DNA of 64,000 nt from Promethearchaeia archaeon (GCA_046483985.1 JAWOCD010000028.1:1-64000); one strand, 5' to 3'; positions 27,803 through 38,417 are shown, counted from the first letter of the stretch. The notes: generated from the sequence alone by a model not told the origin. Numbers and translations: made by a program.

Positions 27803-30475
27803 GTGGTAAAAACTCGTAAGAAATTTTTCATAGTCATAGAAAGGGATAAAAGCAAACCGGAAAAATTACTCTTCAATGTGAATTTTTTCTATTTAAGGTC
27901 ATATGACCCCCGGTCTGATTCGTTTTCCTTTATTGATAAGCCCTTCTTCAGAGGGACCGTGCAATTAGGGTTAGATATGAATGATAAACTCCGTCCTTTA
28001 CGCTTTGTTAAATTGAGAAAGGATAAGACAAAAAAACCCATCAATCCAGGGATTTTTAAAAAATTTCTTTTTGACGAGCATAATAAGTTTATCGCCTTTT
28101 CTCGAGCCACGAACAAACAAGATCTCTCTTCTATGTTAGAAATGCTGAATCACTTTCAGTTTGAGAAGGAACGGATAAAATATCTTACTTTTTGCCAGAG
28201 GTGTTTGGATAAGCGCCGCTTTAAAATCTTAGATAAACAAGTGCAAATTAAATCCTTTAACGATCAAATAATTTGTTCTAAATGCGCAATGAAAATTGTT
28301 AAACGGAAGGCAGAATTATCCGGATTCTTGCCCGCAAAGAAGGATTCAATCCGAAAATTGAAAGGGTTCTTACAGCATATGATTTTAAAATTCAAGGATA
28401 TCAAAAAGGTGCTGGAAGCGTTTAAACCCGATTTTCAACCAGCAGAAAATAGAGATGTCACCTTATATGACATGGAAAAGAAAACACCGATCAGCAAAAA
28501 ATATATGAATGTCAAGGTTGAGGAATTACCAATATCCGATCCATTAGAGAGGGTTTTGAGAAAAGAGAACATCAAAACACTACTCCCCATTCAAGCAATT
28601 TCTATAGACCAAGGATTAATAAGCGAAAGACAAGATCAACTGGTGATGGCCCCCACTTCGGGGGGAAAGACCTTAGTAGGGGAAATTGCTGGAATTATGA
28701 ATGTACTTAAGAGTGAGGGAAAAATGCTTTATTTAGTCCCTATTGTTGCACTCGCGAATATAAGAACTAGTGAGTTTAAGGAGAAATATTCTCCAATTCA
28801 CATGAAGGTGGTAAAAAAAACGGGAGAATCGTTTTTAGACCCAGAGCCCATGAAATCAAGCCTTTCGGATATAACCGATGCAGATATCGTCATAGCAACC
28901 TATGAAGCGATTGATTACATTCTCCGAAGCGGGAATTATCGTTTTTTGGGTGAGATTGGAACGATAGTTATCGATGAAGTGCAGACTCTTATTGATCAAG
29001 ATCGGGGCTTTATTCTGGACGGATTGATTAGCAGACTCAAATATCTACATCAAGATGCCCAATTTCTTTATTTAAGTGCAACAGTCGGAGAGCCTGAAGA
29101 TCTTGCAGAAGAATTACACTGTAACCTTATTCGGTATAATAACCGGCCCGTTCCCGTAGAGCGACATTTAGTGTTGTGTCTTAATGAAAGTATGAAGCAT
29201 AAAACTATTGCAAACCTCGCCCGGAAAGCCTATTATCAAAAATCGAACTACGGATTTAAGGGACAATCGATTGTATTTTCCAATGCCCGAAAAAAATGTG
29301 AGGCCCTTGCGAAATATTTGAATGAACGGGGGCTTTTTTTCCGTGCTTATCATGGGGGCTTAACCAACACCGAAAGAAAACGCATAGAAAGAGAATTCCA
29401 AGACCAGAAAATTGCAGGTGTTGTTACCACGGCTGCCCTTGCTGCAGGTGTAGACTTGCCGGCAAGTCAAGTTATTTTTGAATCTTTAGCAATGGGGATC
29501 GACTGGTTAACTGTTGCAGAATTTGAACAGATGCTGGGGCGAGCGGGCAGATTAAGAAAACATGATCTCGGACGGGCGTATCTATTAGTTGAGCCCGGTA
29601 AGATTTACTCTCCGAAAATGAAAAACACCGAGGAGACCATCGCAATAAGATTATTAGCTGGTAATATCAAGGATTTCGAACTAACTCCGGATCAAACAAA
29701 ATCAAATACAGAGCTTCTATCATTTATTTCTATGTTTGATGAAGGCGTCTCACATAGATCTATTCGTTCCTTTTACAACCATTTAATCAATGGGGATTAT
29801 AACATAGACGCCTCCCTGAAAAAGCTTAAAAGCCAAAACTTGATTCGCATAAAAAAGGGATCCCAATATTACGCGACGAATCTCGGCAGATCTATAGCAA
29901 AATCCTTCCTCACAATTCGAGAAAGTTTAGACATCATTGACTTAATCCGGGATGAGGAAAATACGATTACAGAGATCTCATTAGAGTTAAAGCCACTCAA
30001 AAATGTGTATTTATCTAAAGGAATGGTAGCCGACTTGGCTAAAAATGTGAATATGAAATATATGTCCAATAATTTCTTCAGTGCAAGCGTTTTAAACCTG
30101 ATGAACGCGGAAAATGTCAGAAAGCGTAAAAAGTTTTCCCGCAAATTCATCAGATTTGTCACCAGATGGATGGATGACATCTTTACGTGCGATTGCGAAG
30201 ATAAGCCCTACTGTGATTGCGGAAGGATCAATCTTGAGAGCATAATTTTAGATCTACGCACTAAAGATAATTTCTCGATTAGCGAAATCTGTATGTATCT
30301 CCACGAAAAATATAACCTTACCGTGTTTAAAGGAGATATCATTGATTACTTGAATAGTCTCATATATTCTTTTCAAAGTATTAAAAATATTGCCCTAGGG
30401 ATTCCTGATTTAGGAGAGGCTTACGAAGCGGAAATAAAAAAGATCCCAAAAATTGTTCAAAGTATAAAGACCTAA
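27803..30475 (+). CDS. Archaea-specific SF2 DEAD/DEAH-box helicase (COG1202/DUF5814-like)
   Basis: LLPIQ, APTSGGKT, DEVQ, SAT, YHGGL and QMLGRAGR motifs, with C-terminal CDCEDKPYCDCG. Confidence 0.92.
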   Translation: MVKTRKKFFIVIERDKSKPEKLLFNVNFFYLRSYDPRSDSFSFIDKPFFRGTVQLGLDMNDKLRPLRFVKLRKDKTKKPINPGIFKKFLFDEHNKFIAFSRATNKQDLSSMLEMLNHFQFEKERIKYLTFCQRCLDKRRFKILDKQVQIKSFNDQIICSKCAMKIVKRKAELSGFLPAKKDSIRKLKGFLQHMILKFKDIKKVLEAFKPDFQPAENRDVTLYDMEKKTPISKKYMNVKVEELPISDPLERVLRKENIKTLLPIQAISIDQGLISERQDQLVMAPTSGGKTLVGEIAGIMNVLKSEGKMLYLVPIVALANIRTSEFKEKYSPIHMKVVKKTGESFLDPEPMKSSLSDITDADIVIATYEAIDYILRSGNYRFLGEIGTIVIDEVQTLIDQDRGFILDGLISRLKYLHQDAQFLYLSATVGEPEDLAEELHCNLIRYNNRPVPVERHLVLCLNESMKHKTIANLARKAYYQKSNYGFKGQSIVFSNARKKCEALAKYLNERGLFFRAYHGGLTNTERKRIEREFQDQKIAGVVTTAALAAGVDLPASQVIFESLAMGIDWLTVAEFEQMLGRAGRLRKHDLGRAYLLVEPGKIYSPKMKNTEETIAIRLLAGNIKDFELTPDQTKSNTELLSFISMFDEGVSHRSIRSFYNHLINGDYNIDASLKKLKSQNLIRIKKGSQYYATNLGRSIAKSFLTIRESLDIIDLIRDEENTITEISLELKPLKNVYLSKGMVADLAKNVNMKYMSNNFFSASVLNLMNAENVRKRKKFSRKFIRFVTRWMDDIFTCDCEDKPYCDCGRINLESIILDLRTKDNFSISEICMYLHEKYNLTVFKGDIIDYLNSLIYSFQSIKNIALGIPDLGEAYEAEIKKIPKIVQSIKT

Positions 30476-30553
30476 AAACAATCAGAAACTAATATTAAAA
30501 TAGGTTAAAATATAAGATCAAATATAATTCAAGATTAATTATTAAGTTATCTC

Positions 30554-31507
30554 ATGCTCTATACAATCTTTCTCTATCAAAGCAGTAGCGGCTTGTTAAT
30601 GTACGATAAAAGTTTCCAAGATGTTAGTTCGGGAAGAATGGAGCTATTTTCGTCTTTTTTTTCTGCAATCAAGTCATTTATTAAAGAATTAGTCTTAGAA
30701 GGATCAACTGAATTAAAGAATATTGAATTAGGCGATTACACCGTTATAATTACAGCCGTTCCCGAGATTAACGTGGATTTGGTGATGATCGCAGATAAGA
30801 AAGATTATAAAATATTAAAAAAGCTTATTCCTAAAATTCTTAAAATTATCTTGAATCATAAACAATTGTTCTTGGAATGGGATGGGAATCGGGAACAATT
30901 GATGGTATTGGATAAACCCTTGACAGAATTAATCTTGAAGAAACGAAAAAAACTGATTAGTGACGATAACCTTGTTGAGAATTCAGAAGATCTCTTACAA
31001 TCTATATGGGATCGCAAAGAAAAAATAGAAAAGGAGCAAAGAAAGCGCTTACTTCAAGAGAGAGATTTTCTCATCGAACGAATCTCCGAGACAACGAATT
31101 TACAAAGAAAGTTGGAAATTGCTAAAAACGTCCTCAAAATTTCGGAGCGTTTAAAAGACGAAAAGTCTTTTTTAAAATATCAAAAAAAAGTAAAAAGGCT
31201 AAAAGATCAAATTGAAGACACAAAATTTAAACTCGAATATTATTTGGAAAAAGTAAAAAAAACACTTTCCTCCTCAATTGATAAATTAGGCAATAAATCC
31301 CTTCACCAAGCGGATTTTAAGGATGCTTATTTAAATCTGTATTCCTTTAGTACCAAATTAAAGAATTTAACGGAAGATGACAAATGGGAAAAGTATCGAA
31401 ATCTTGCTAAAGCCCTCATCAATAAAGATGAAAAAGAAAAAGGTAAACTCTCTAAGATAGTTTCAGAAATCTTTAATATGAAAGATAATATTGAATCTTA
31501 TTTATAA
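30554..31507 (+). CDS. Longin-like domain protein with C-terminal coiled coil
   Basis: IFLYQSSSGLLMY, LFSSFFSAIKSFIKEL and LKNIELGDY match the typical Asgard longin pattern. Confidence 0.75.
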   Translation: MLYTIFLYQSSSGLLMYDKSFQDVSSGRMELFSSFFSAIKSFIKELVLEGSTELKNIELGDYTVIITAVPEINVDLVMIADKKDYKILKKLIPKILKIILNHKQLFLEWDGNREQLMVLDKPLTELILKKRKKLISDDNLVENSEDLLQSIWDRKEKIEKEQRKRLLQERDFLIERISETTNLQRKLEIAKNVLKISERLKDEKSFLKYQKKVKRLKDQIEDTKFKLEYYLEKVKKTLSSSIDKLGNKSLHQADFKDAYLNLYSFSTKLKNLTEDDKWEKYRNLAKALINKDEKEKGKLSKIVSEIFNMKDNIESYL

Positions 31508-31517
31508 TAAATATGCA

Positions 31518-32702
31518 CTAATCTATGTGAATTTCTATTTTGTCGTTGTCCTTCACGGGATAATCTAATCCCACCCTCTTTCTTTTGATTCTGGCACCTT
31601 CTCGCATAACAACTGCAAAAGAAAACTTTTCAACGAAAGATTTATGAATTTTTCTTGCCACATCTTCAATCGTCCCTCCTTTATCCACCAATAAAGGCTT
31701 ATCTGAGACCTTCCCATCGGTCATTGTGTAGATTTTAATTTTTCCCAGAAATTTAATCACCTTTCTCCCGAAATTTTCGGGAAAGATCCCTTTTTTTATA
31801 CTCACTCCAAAAATAAGCGGGAAATTTTCCGAATATTTCTTTTTGAGTTCTTGGAATCTCTCTTTTGTATGTGGGAGGTCTCCTTTTGTTCCAAAGATAA
31901 TCGCCTTCTTGTAGACGACAGAAGGATCTAACGCATCAGCTAATTGGCGTAAACTAATCTCATCATAAACTTTCACTATACAGTTCTGAATCCCGCTCTC
32001 TCTGACGATTTTCTTAATTTGATCTGTAAGGTGCAATTTTTCTTTTGCTTCATTGGTGAGAAAAAATACTTGAATATTGTTGGCTCCAGTTTTTTGAATT
32101 TTTATAGGAGGAGGAGGTTCATTAATCCGTATTTCTCCTTTGCTGAGCTCATTTAAAATCAACTCCATCTGCCTTTCTATATTTCTTGTTAAATCTATAC
32201 AAATACAGATTAAATCCGTTGCCCTCAATTGAGCGAGAATTTCTTTTCCGTTTCCCACTCCTTTATGAGCATTTTCCATAATTGATGGCATATCCACAAT
32301 TTGAAAACGTACTCCTAGATCCTTATATATTCCGAGTTCAGGAGTTGGGGTAAACTGTCCTATCTTTTCTTCAGCGGCGCCGGTTAAGAAATGGAGTAAT
32401 GATGTTTTTCCCGCGCCAGGAGTATAATAATCACTGATGAGAATTAGCTGTGTGCCCTCCTTTTTAATGGAAAAAGGGCTTACTATGCCCTTTTGGCTTT
32501 TTTCTCGTTTTTTTTGCTTTTCTAATTCACGGCGGAGCTTGGCCAATCGGGTTTTGTTAAGCGCAACAATATTTTCCGTTGCTTTATGTTTAGGGACTAA
32601 GGAAATGTATTTTTCGAGTTTCTGAATCTTTTCTTCAATTGAATCTGCATTCAGATATTCATTATAGGCAGCTTGTGCCTCTGGGCCGACATTTGAACTC
32701 AA
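31518..32702 (-). CDS. DRG/OBG-family GTP-binding protein with TGS domain (divergent G motifs)
   Basis: PKHKATE, PGAGKTS, DMPS, TKGD and the TGS signature TIEDVARKIH...RVGLDY. Confidence 0.88.
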   Translation of the reverse strand: MSSNVGPEAQAAYNEYLNADSIEEKIQKLEKYISLVPKHKATENIVALNKTRLAKLRRELEKQKKREKSQKGIVSPFSIKKEGTQLILISDYYTPGAGKTSLLHFLTGAAEEKIGQFTPTPELGIYKDLGVRFQIVDMPSIMENAHKGVGNGKEILAQLRATDLICICIDLTRNIERQMELILNELSKGEIRINEPPPPIKIQKTGANNIQVFFLTNEAKEKLHLTDQIKKIVRESGIQNCIVKVYDEISLRQLADALDPSVVYKKAIIFGTKGDLPHTKERFQELKKKYSENFPLIFGVSIKKGIFPENFGRKVIKFLGKIKIYTMTDGKVSDKPLLVDKGGTIEDVARKIHKSFVEKFSFAVVMREGARIKRKRVGLDYPVKDNDKIEIHID

Positions 32703-32811
32703 AATAATCTAACCTCCGTTTTTCTTTTTATTGTACAAAAAAAACTCATAAAGATTAGCAATATATATTAATGAGTCCTTAAATTTGAATTTCATTTCAA
32801 TGACTATATTA

Positions 32812-33279
32812 TTATAGAATTGAACGAAACCGGTCTTCTGTTTTTAAGCGGAGATCTCCCAGCGATTCATCAATTCGCTTATTAAATTTATGATATTTGG
32901 CCTTTTTTTTCTCCTTAAAGAAGATATCATGTAGGGAGTAGCGATTAAGAAACAAATTGGTAATCCTCTTTAATAAATTTTTGATTACATCGGGTTCGCT
33001 GGTATTTTTCTCAATAATAGCATAGCAGAGTAATGTGTTTTGGGTTTTTTCTTCATTTCCCGGTAAAGCAATCTCCTCAGAATAACATACTAACTTAAAG
33101 GAAGCCAGGGATACAACATTAATATTATCGCCAAACACTTCAGTGGTGAAACTTTCCAGTGCAGATAAAAACCCAGCTCTTAAGTTTGGATCCAAGCCCC
33201 GATCATCGGTTTCTTTATAATAAATCCTTTCGAGTAAATTTTCTGAACCCCTGTTTATTCCAACTTCTAATATAGCTAT
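32812..33279 (-). CDS. Longin-like domain protein
   Basis: LRAGFLSALESFTTEVF core. The frame stays open upstream of the track start and gives strand ILEVGIN; probable ATA start at 33279, 8 nt after GTGAGG. Confidence 0.7.
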   Translation of the reverse strand: MAILEVGINRGSENLLERIYYKETDDRGLDPNLRAGFLSALESFTTEVFGDNINVVSLASFKLVCYSEEIALPGNEEKTQNTLLCYAIIEKNTSEPDVIKNLLKRITNLFLNRYSLHDIFFKEKKKAKYHKFNKRIDESLGDLRLKTEDRFRSIL

Positions 33280-33377
33280 GATTATCGCCTCACAAAATTT
33301 TTAGTTTTAAAGGATTATCCACATTTTTTCCTTACTATTTATTGATAGTGAATTAAGTATTTAATTTTTTTCTGACT

Positions 33378-34238
33378 TCAACTAGAGTCGATTTGTTTTT
33401 TATAGGCAATAATTGTATTTCTCATCAAGGAATGCACAGTCATAGGTCCTACGCCGCCTGGGACGGGAGTTATTAAAGAACATTTCTCATATACATCGTC
33501 AAAATCAACGTCTCCGTATATTTCTCCCTCTATTCGATTAATCCCCACATCGATTATAATTGCTCCCTTTTTTATCATATTTTCCGTGATGAACTTGGCT
33601 TTCCCTACTGCAACAACGAGGATATCCGCTATTTTTGTATATTGTTGTAGGTCCTCTGTTGCAATATGACAAATGGAAACCGTGGCATCCCGTTTTAAAC
33701 ACATGAATAGCAAGGGTTTTCCCACTAGATTGGAATGATTTATAATGGTAATATCTTTCCCGGCAAGATCTATGTCGTAATGTTCCAATAAGGTAATAAT
33801 TCCTTTGGGCGTGCACGCCACCAGATCTTCCTTATAATCGAATAACTTTCCTCTATTAATTGGATGAAATCCGTCAACATCTTTTTCTGGAGAAATTTGA
33901 GACAAAAATTCTGAAGTATAAGGTTTTAAATAATCGGGAAGGGGTAGTTGTAAGAGAATGCCATGGATCGATTCGTCTTGATTTAATTCTTGTATTTTAT
34001 TCAGTAATTGCTCTTTATTAATAGACTGATCGTATTTAATTGTGATAGAGTTAATTCCCACACTCTTACAAGTTCGATGCTTTATTTTTAAATAAATTTC
34101 CGATGCGGGGTCGGCTCCCACCAAAATAGTCGCTAAAGTAGGTTGAATGTTAGTTTTTTGGTACAATTGATCAATCTGTTTTGCGAGTTTTTCATTCAAC
34201 TGATTCGCTAAACTTTTTCCATCAAGAATTTTTTCCAT
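33378..34238 (-). CDS. folD: Methylenetetrahydrofolate dehydrogenase/cyclohydrolase
   Basis: HGILLQLPLP, KDVDGFHP, CTPKG, DVGIN and TPVPGGVGPMT motifs. Confidence 0.96.
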   Translation of the reverse strand: MEKILDGKSLANQLNEKLAKQIDQLYQKTNIQPTLATILVGADPASEIYLKIKHRTCKSVGINSITIKYDQSINKEQLLNKIQELNQDESIHGILLQLPLPDYLKPYTSEFLSQISPEKDVDGFHPINRGKLFDYKEDLVACTPKGIITLLEHYDIDLAGKDITIINHSNLVGKPLLFMCLKRDATVSICHIATEDLQQYTKIADILVVAVGKAKFITENMIKKGAIIIDVGINRIEGEIYGDVDFDDVYEKCSLITPVPGGVGPMTVHSLMRNTIIAYKKQIDSS

Positions 34239-34423
34239 TTTCTTTTAACGCCTCAGAGTATATATGATATAGGGATAGTTAAAATAAAAAAGATAAGCCT
34301 AATTTATTTAATATCTGAAAAAGTGATCAAAGGAAAATTAAAGGGGAAATAAGAATAAAAAATTTGAATTTATAATTTATCATTCATTTAGAGAAATAAT
34401 TTATCATTCCCAATTCAATAATT

Positions 34424-35587
34424 ATGAGACTAACCAATCCACTACTTAATAATTCTGATGATTTCACCTTTCCCGCTCCACTTTTTTATCTGGCAAATAT
34501 AGTCGATTATCTTAATCCTTTAGTGAGATCTCTAAGTAAATTAGAAAGTTTAATACTTCAGAGAAAAATGAAGAAGGAAAAAATTAAAGAGCCGATTTAT
34601 GTTACGGGATTAGCGAGAGCGGGAACTACCATTAATTTAGAGATCTTGAATAAACATCCCGATACCGCAACTCACAAATATCTCCATATGCCATTACCCT
34701 ATTTACCCTATTTTTGGACGAAACTCGCGGAAAAAACATCAATCTTTATAGAACCAAGACAACGACTTCACAAGGACGGTATAATTGTAAACCGGGAGAG
34801 TCCAGAAGCCTTAGAAGAGATTATATGGGATAAATTTTTCGACGATTATAAGTCAGAATTAAAAAGTAATATCTTTGATGAAAATATCAGTAATAAAGAT
34901 TTTGAAGACTTCTACAAAAATCATATATTAAAACTTTTAGTAAAAGAAAATGCTTCCAGGTATGTAGCAAAGAATAACTACAATATTACAAGGATGTCTT
35001 ATCTATTGCAATTGTTTCCAGAGGCAAAGTTTTTATTAGTGATTCGCAACCCAATTAATCATATAGCCTCCACAATTAAACAATGTCAAATATTCGAAAA
35101 AATGGGAGAAAATGATCAAAAATTAAAACGTATGACGGAAATCATTGGACACCATGAATTTGGACCTAGTAAAATTTATATCAATGTGAATAATACTCAG
35201 ACGGTTAAAAGGATAAAGAAACTGTGGGATAAGGAAAAAAACATAAAAGGATGGGTATTATATTGGAAGAGTGTATATGATTTTGCTGCGAAACAACTTA
35301 AAAAAAATAAAAGACTCAGAAAAAATACACTTATAGTTAGATATGAAGATCTGTGTAAAGAGCCCAGGAAAATGATTAATAAAATCCTAACGCATACAAA
35401 CCTTTCTAAGGGTAAGTTTCAAAAAATCAAAGAATACTATGTAAAAAAAATTAGGTGTCCCGATTACTATGACTTTAAATTCTCAAAAGATGAACTAAAA
35501 ATGATATCCAATATTACCAAAAAGACAACCGATTTTTTTGGGTACAATGGAATTAACGATCTGCGAAAGAAGTCCCCATCCCTTTAG
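34424..35587 (+). CDS. PAPS-dependent sulfotransferase
   Basis: 5'-PSB GLARAGTT, 3'-PB RNPINHIAS and RYEDL. The last codons come from the palindromic element. Confidence 0.88.
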   Translation: MRLTNPLLNNSDDFTFPAPLFYLANIVDYLNPLVRSLSKLESLILQRKMKKEKIKEPIYVTGLARAGTTINLEILNKHPDTATHKYLHMPLPYLPYFWTKLAEKTSIFIEPRQRLHKDGIIVNRESPEALEEIIWDKFFDDYKSELKSNIFDENISNKDFEDFYKNHILKLLVKENASRYVAKNNYNITRMSYLLQLFPEAKFLLVIRNPINHIASTIKQCQIFEKMGENDQKLKRMTEIIGHHEFGPSKIYINVNNTQTVKRIKKLWDKEKNIKGWVLYWKSVYDFAAKQLKKNKRLRKNTLIVRYEDLCKEPRKMINKILTHTNLSKGKFQKIKEYYVKKIRCPDYYDFKFSKDELKMISNITKKTTDFFGYNGINDLRKKSPSL

Positions 35588-35607
35588 GGAGGGGATGAAT
35601 TTCGTAT
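35558..35607 (+). repeat. IS200/IS605-like left-end palindrome, copy 2 of 3
   Basis: Same 42-bp core after TTAAC; identity with the 50359 copy extends through TTTCGTAT. Confidence 0.85.
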
Positions 35608-35879
35608 TTATAAAGACCACCTAAATACAAGGGAAAAACCTATTTTACTACTTTATGCTATAATCAAAGCGGTTTCAAGATTAAAAATAATACAATTGTG
35701 TTTTTATCTATGAAAATTTATGTGGGTACATCCCAAGGAAGTTTAATTTGTATATAATCGGTATACCCTCTGAAATGTTAAAGGAATATGCTTTCTTTTG
35801 GGTCTTTGGAAATGAAAATTAAAAAAAACAAAAAATGAAGAAGGAAAGAGTTGTATGTGATAAAATGTTTATCAAGAAA

Positions 35880-37172
35880 TTAATATGAACCTAGATCCTT
35901 GATTAGGGTCGAAATAAATGCGGCAATATCTGGTATATTAAAAAGAATAATTAATTCCACAAAAATTAATCCAGATAAGATTAAGAGTGCTCGTCTCTTT
36001 TTTTTCGACATTTTTTTCTTTTCTTCCTTAGTTCCAGTTATAAATGGTTTAAGAATCAGACCAATAGAAAATAAATGAGTTGTCATTAAAAGCAAAAGAT
36101 TTAAAGAACTGACAGATAATATGTAAGACACTCCATATGACCAGACAACATTTCCATCCTTATCGACCTCATAAACCACGCCACCTAATCCACCGCCGAT
36201 AAGAGTATTTTCATTTTCCAATCGGTCAGCTTCATAAGCAAACATTAGATCTCCACTATATTCCCACTCGATTTCTTTCGTATCTTTATCGATTTCAAAA
36301 ACCCTATGAATATCAGTTATTAAAATATTTCCGTTGTCTAACTCATCAGCATCTCTTGCCCACGTTAATCCTTTATTATACTCCCATACGATTTCTTTTG
36401 ATTCACGGTCCACTTCTATAATTCGGTGATTCTCAGAATCGGCTACGAGTATGTTTCCATTTTCCAAATAGTGGGGATTGTGTTGATGATTTAATTTTGT
36501 TTTATCTAAATAATCTCCAAAATACCATACAATATCCTCTGCACTGGCCTTATCGCGATTTTTTGCAGAAGTATAATTCACTTCTACGATCAAGTCGAAA
36601 TTACGTATTGATACTAACATAGCGGTCCAATTCCCACCGTCATAATCTTTAAAATTCACATCATTTAAATGGGTCCAATCATATTCAATTGGATTATTAA
36701 AATAATGGGCTGAATCCCATGTATCATTATTAATCTGTTCCCAATCAATATCTTCTGGTTTCCATTCCCAAGTTATCTCCTTTGATTCATATTCGATTTC
36801 GCACACTCTGTCAAATCCCGTATCAGCAATCATTAAATTGTCATTTTCCATCTCCACGATATCATGGGGGTGTGCAAATCCTTCTTTTTCCCAAACAATA
36901 TTACCCGCTGTATCCACTTCGATAACCCGATGATGCGGAGAATCTTCTTCCACGGGATTTTGTTGAGAAACTCGTGAAAGATGTAATAAGAGTTGTGGTA
37001 CTGTATTAGAAGCAATAAAAGTATTATTATTTTCTCTCCGGTTCACACCTTCGAAGACGCCCATATTTTTGTAGTTATCCGCCGCTAAAACTGACCATAA
37101 TATAAGATTAGAAAGGATGAAAATGATAAGTATGACAATTATTTTTTTACTTCTTAATTTGAGATTAACCAT
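35880..37172 (-). CDS. Arylsulfotransferase (ASST)-like beta-propeller membrane protein
   Basis: DWTHLNDV, SIRN and HQHNP motifs, repeated EVDxxGNIVW blades, and N- and C-terminal TM helices. Confidence 0.82.
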   Translation of the reverse strand: MVNLKLRSKKIIVILIIFILSNLILWSVLAADNYKNMGVFEGVNRRENNNTFIASNTVPQLLLHLSRVSQQNPVEEDSPHHRVIEVDTAGNIVWEKEGFAHPHDIVEMENDNLMIADTGFDRVCEIEYESKEITWEWKPEDIDWEQINNDTWDSAHYFNNPIEYDWTHLNDVNFKDYDGGNWTAMLVSIRNFDLIVEVNYTSAKNRDKASAEDIVWYFGDYLDKTKLNHQHNPHYLENGNILVADSENHRIIEVDRESKEIVWEYNKGLTWARDADELDNGNILITDIHRVFEIDKDTKEIEWEYSGDLMFAYEADRLENENTLIGGGLGGVVYEVDKDGNVVWSYGVSYILSVSSLNLLLLMTTHLFSIGLILKPFITGTKEEKKKMSKKKRRALLILSGLIFVELIILFNIPDIAAFISTLIKDLGSY

Positions 37173-37280
37173 AGATTAGATATTTTTAAAAGATATAAAA
37201 ATTTTAGCGGAAAACGAATGCTAGAAGGGTTTATCTGTCCAATTCCAACTCCATCCTTTAAGGTGAAATCTGAAAAATTC

Positions 37281-38417
37281 CTAGATTCTTCTTTGTTGCC
37301 AGTACCAAACACCAAACCCTATAACCGCTCCAATACCCACTAAAATTATGATTAGGACAACCCAATTGAATTCCACCATCCATACATTTTCATCCAGATA
37401 AAGGAGGTCCTCATCATAGGTTTTTAAGATATGAAAAGCATAATATGTGTTGGTCACTGCAGAAGTTTCTTGATCATCTAAGCCGTTATAATTGAAAAAT
37501 CCTCCGTCTTTAAAATTCTGCTTATTTAAGACCCATTCCGTAGTGCTTTCATTAGGAAGTTCATTTTCATCTAAGAGTTTTATGCTTTCAATTGCAAAAA
37601 AGGTGCTACTTAATAAACAGAATTCTGACTCGTCTCCGGGTAAGAATCCGCCATAATTTACCTCGTCTGCTTGGTTGTCCACATAATATCCGTTAAGGTA
37701 TTCTATGGTATTTTCTGCATCTGAAATCTCATCTAAATCACCCAATATTTGTAATGCATTTAAGGCGTAATAGGTATTTGCAACAGTGGAATCCAAACTT
37801 GTATTTCCACCAAAACCGCCATTTGAATTTATGCACGAGAGGATAAAATCCTTGTGTTTGTCTGCATTATCAATATCCATATCCAGAACATCTAAAATCT
37901 TAATACTGTAGGATGTAGAGATAAGATTGGCGGAAGTGGACGTATTGGTGGGACCAAAACCCCCATCTTGTTGTTCCATATTTGAAATATAGAGTTCAAT
38001 ATCATTTCTAACACTAGAACTTATAGATGAATTGACAAGTTCATTTGCTCTTAATAAATAATATAAGTCATAAACACTATGCATAGTTTTTACGAAATCG
38101 GTTAGCTCGTTTTTTAAATTAGTTTGGAAGACAGAAACATTCACATTTATTTTTGCATCTCCAAACAGTTGGGGTTCCTCATATAATTCAAAAAAATCAA
38201 GCATTTCTAAAGCATAGCCGGTTGCTTTATATGAAATATCATCACTTTTCAAACTATTGGTAAATCCAGTATCCTTTTCATTATCTAAGAGATAATCCGT
38301 TAAATAAGTCTTTCTTGTTTTAGCTAATACAACAGGTAAAACAATGCTGATACTAATGATGAATATTATTCCGACAATCAGAATATATCGTAATTTATGA
38401 TTTATTTTCAAGAACAT
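37281..38417 (-). CDS. Prenyltransferase/squalene-cyclase repeat protein, exported and C-terminally anchored
   Basis: Repeats QDGGFG, NGGFGG, YGGF and DGGFF with TYYAL helices; N-terminal signal and C-terminal TM. Confidence 0.82.
   Translation of the reverse strand: MFLKINHKLRYILIVGIIFIISISIVLPVVLAKTRKTYLTDYLLDNEKDTGFTNSLKSDDISYKATGYALEMLDFFELYEEPQLFGDAKINVNVSVFQTNLKNELTDFVKTMHSVYDLYYLLRANELVNSSISSSVRNDIELYISNMEQQDGGFGPTNTSTSANLISTSYSIKILDVLDMDIDNADKHKDFILSCINSNGGFGGNTSLDSTVANTYYALNALQILGDLDEISDAENTIEYLNGYYVDNQADEVNYGGFLPGDESEFCLLSSTFFAIESIKLLDENELPNESTTEWVLNKQNFKDGGFFNYNGLDDQETSAVTNTYYAFHILKTYDEDLLYLDENVWMVEFNWVVLIIILVGIGAVIGFGVWYWQQRRI

Noticed and set aside
37230-37275. Another palindromic mini-element (TTTAT...CCATCCTTTAAGGTG)
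   Set aside because: The resemblance is too degenerate to support a call.
37281-38417. Protein geranylgeranyltransferase beta subunit acting on the Rab-like GTPase
   Set aside because: The protein has a signal peptide and C-terminal anchor, so it faces outward, and the GTPase has no C-terminal cysteine.
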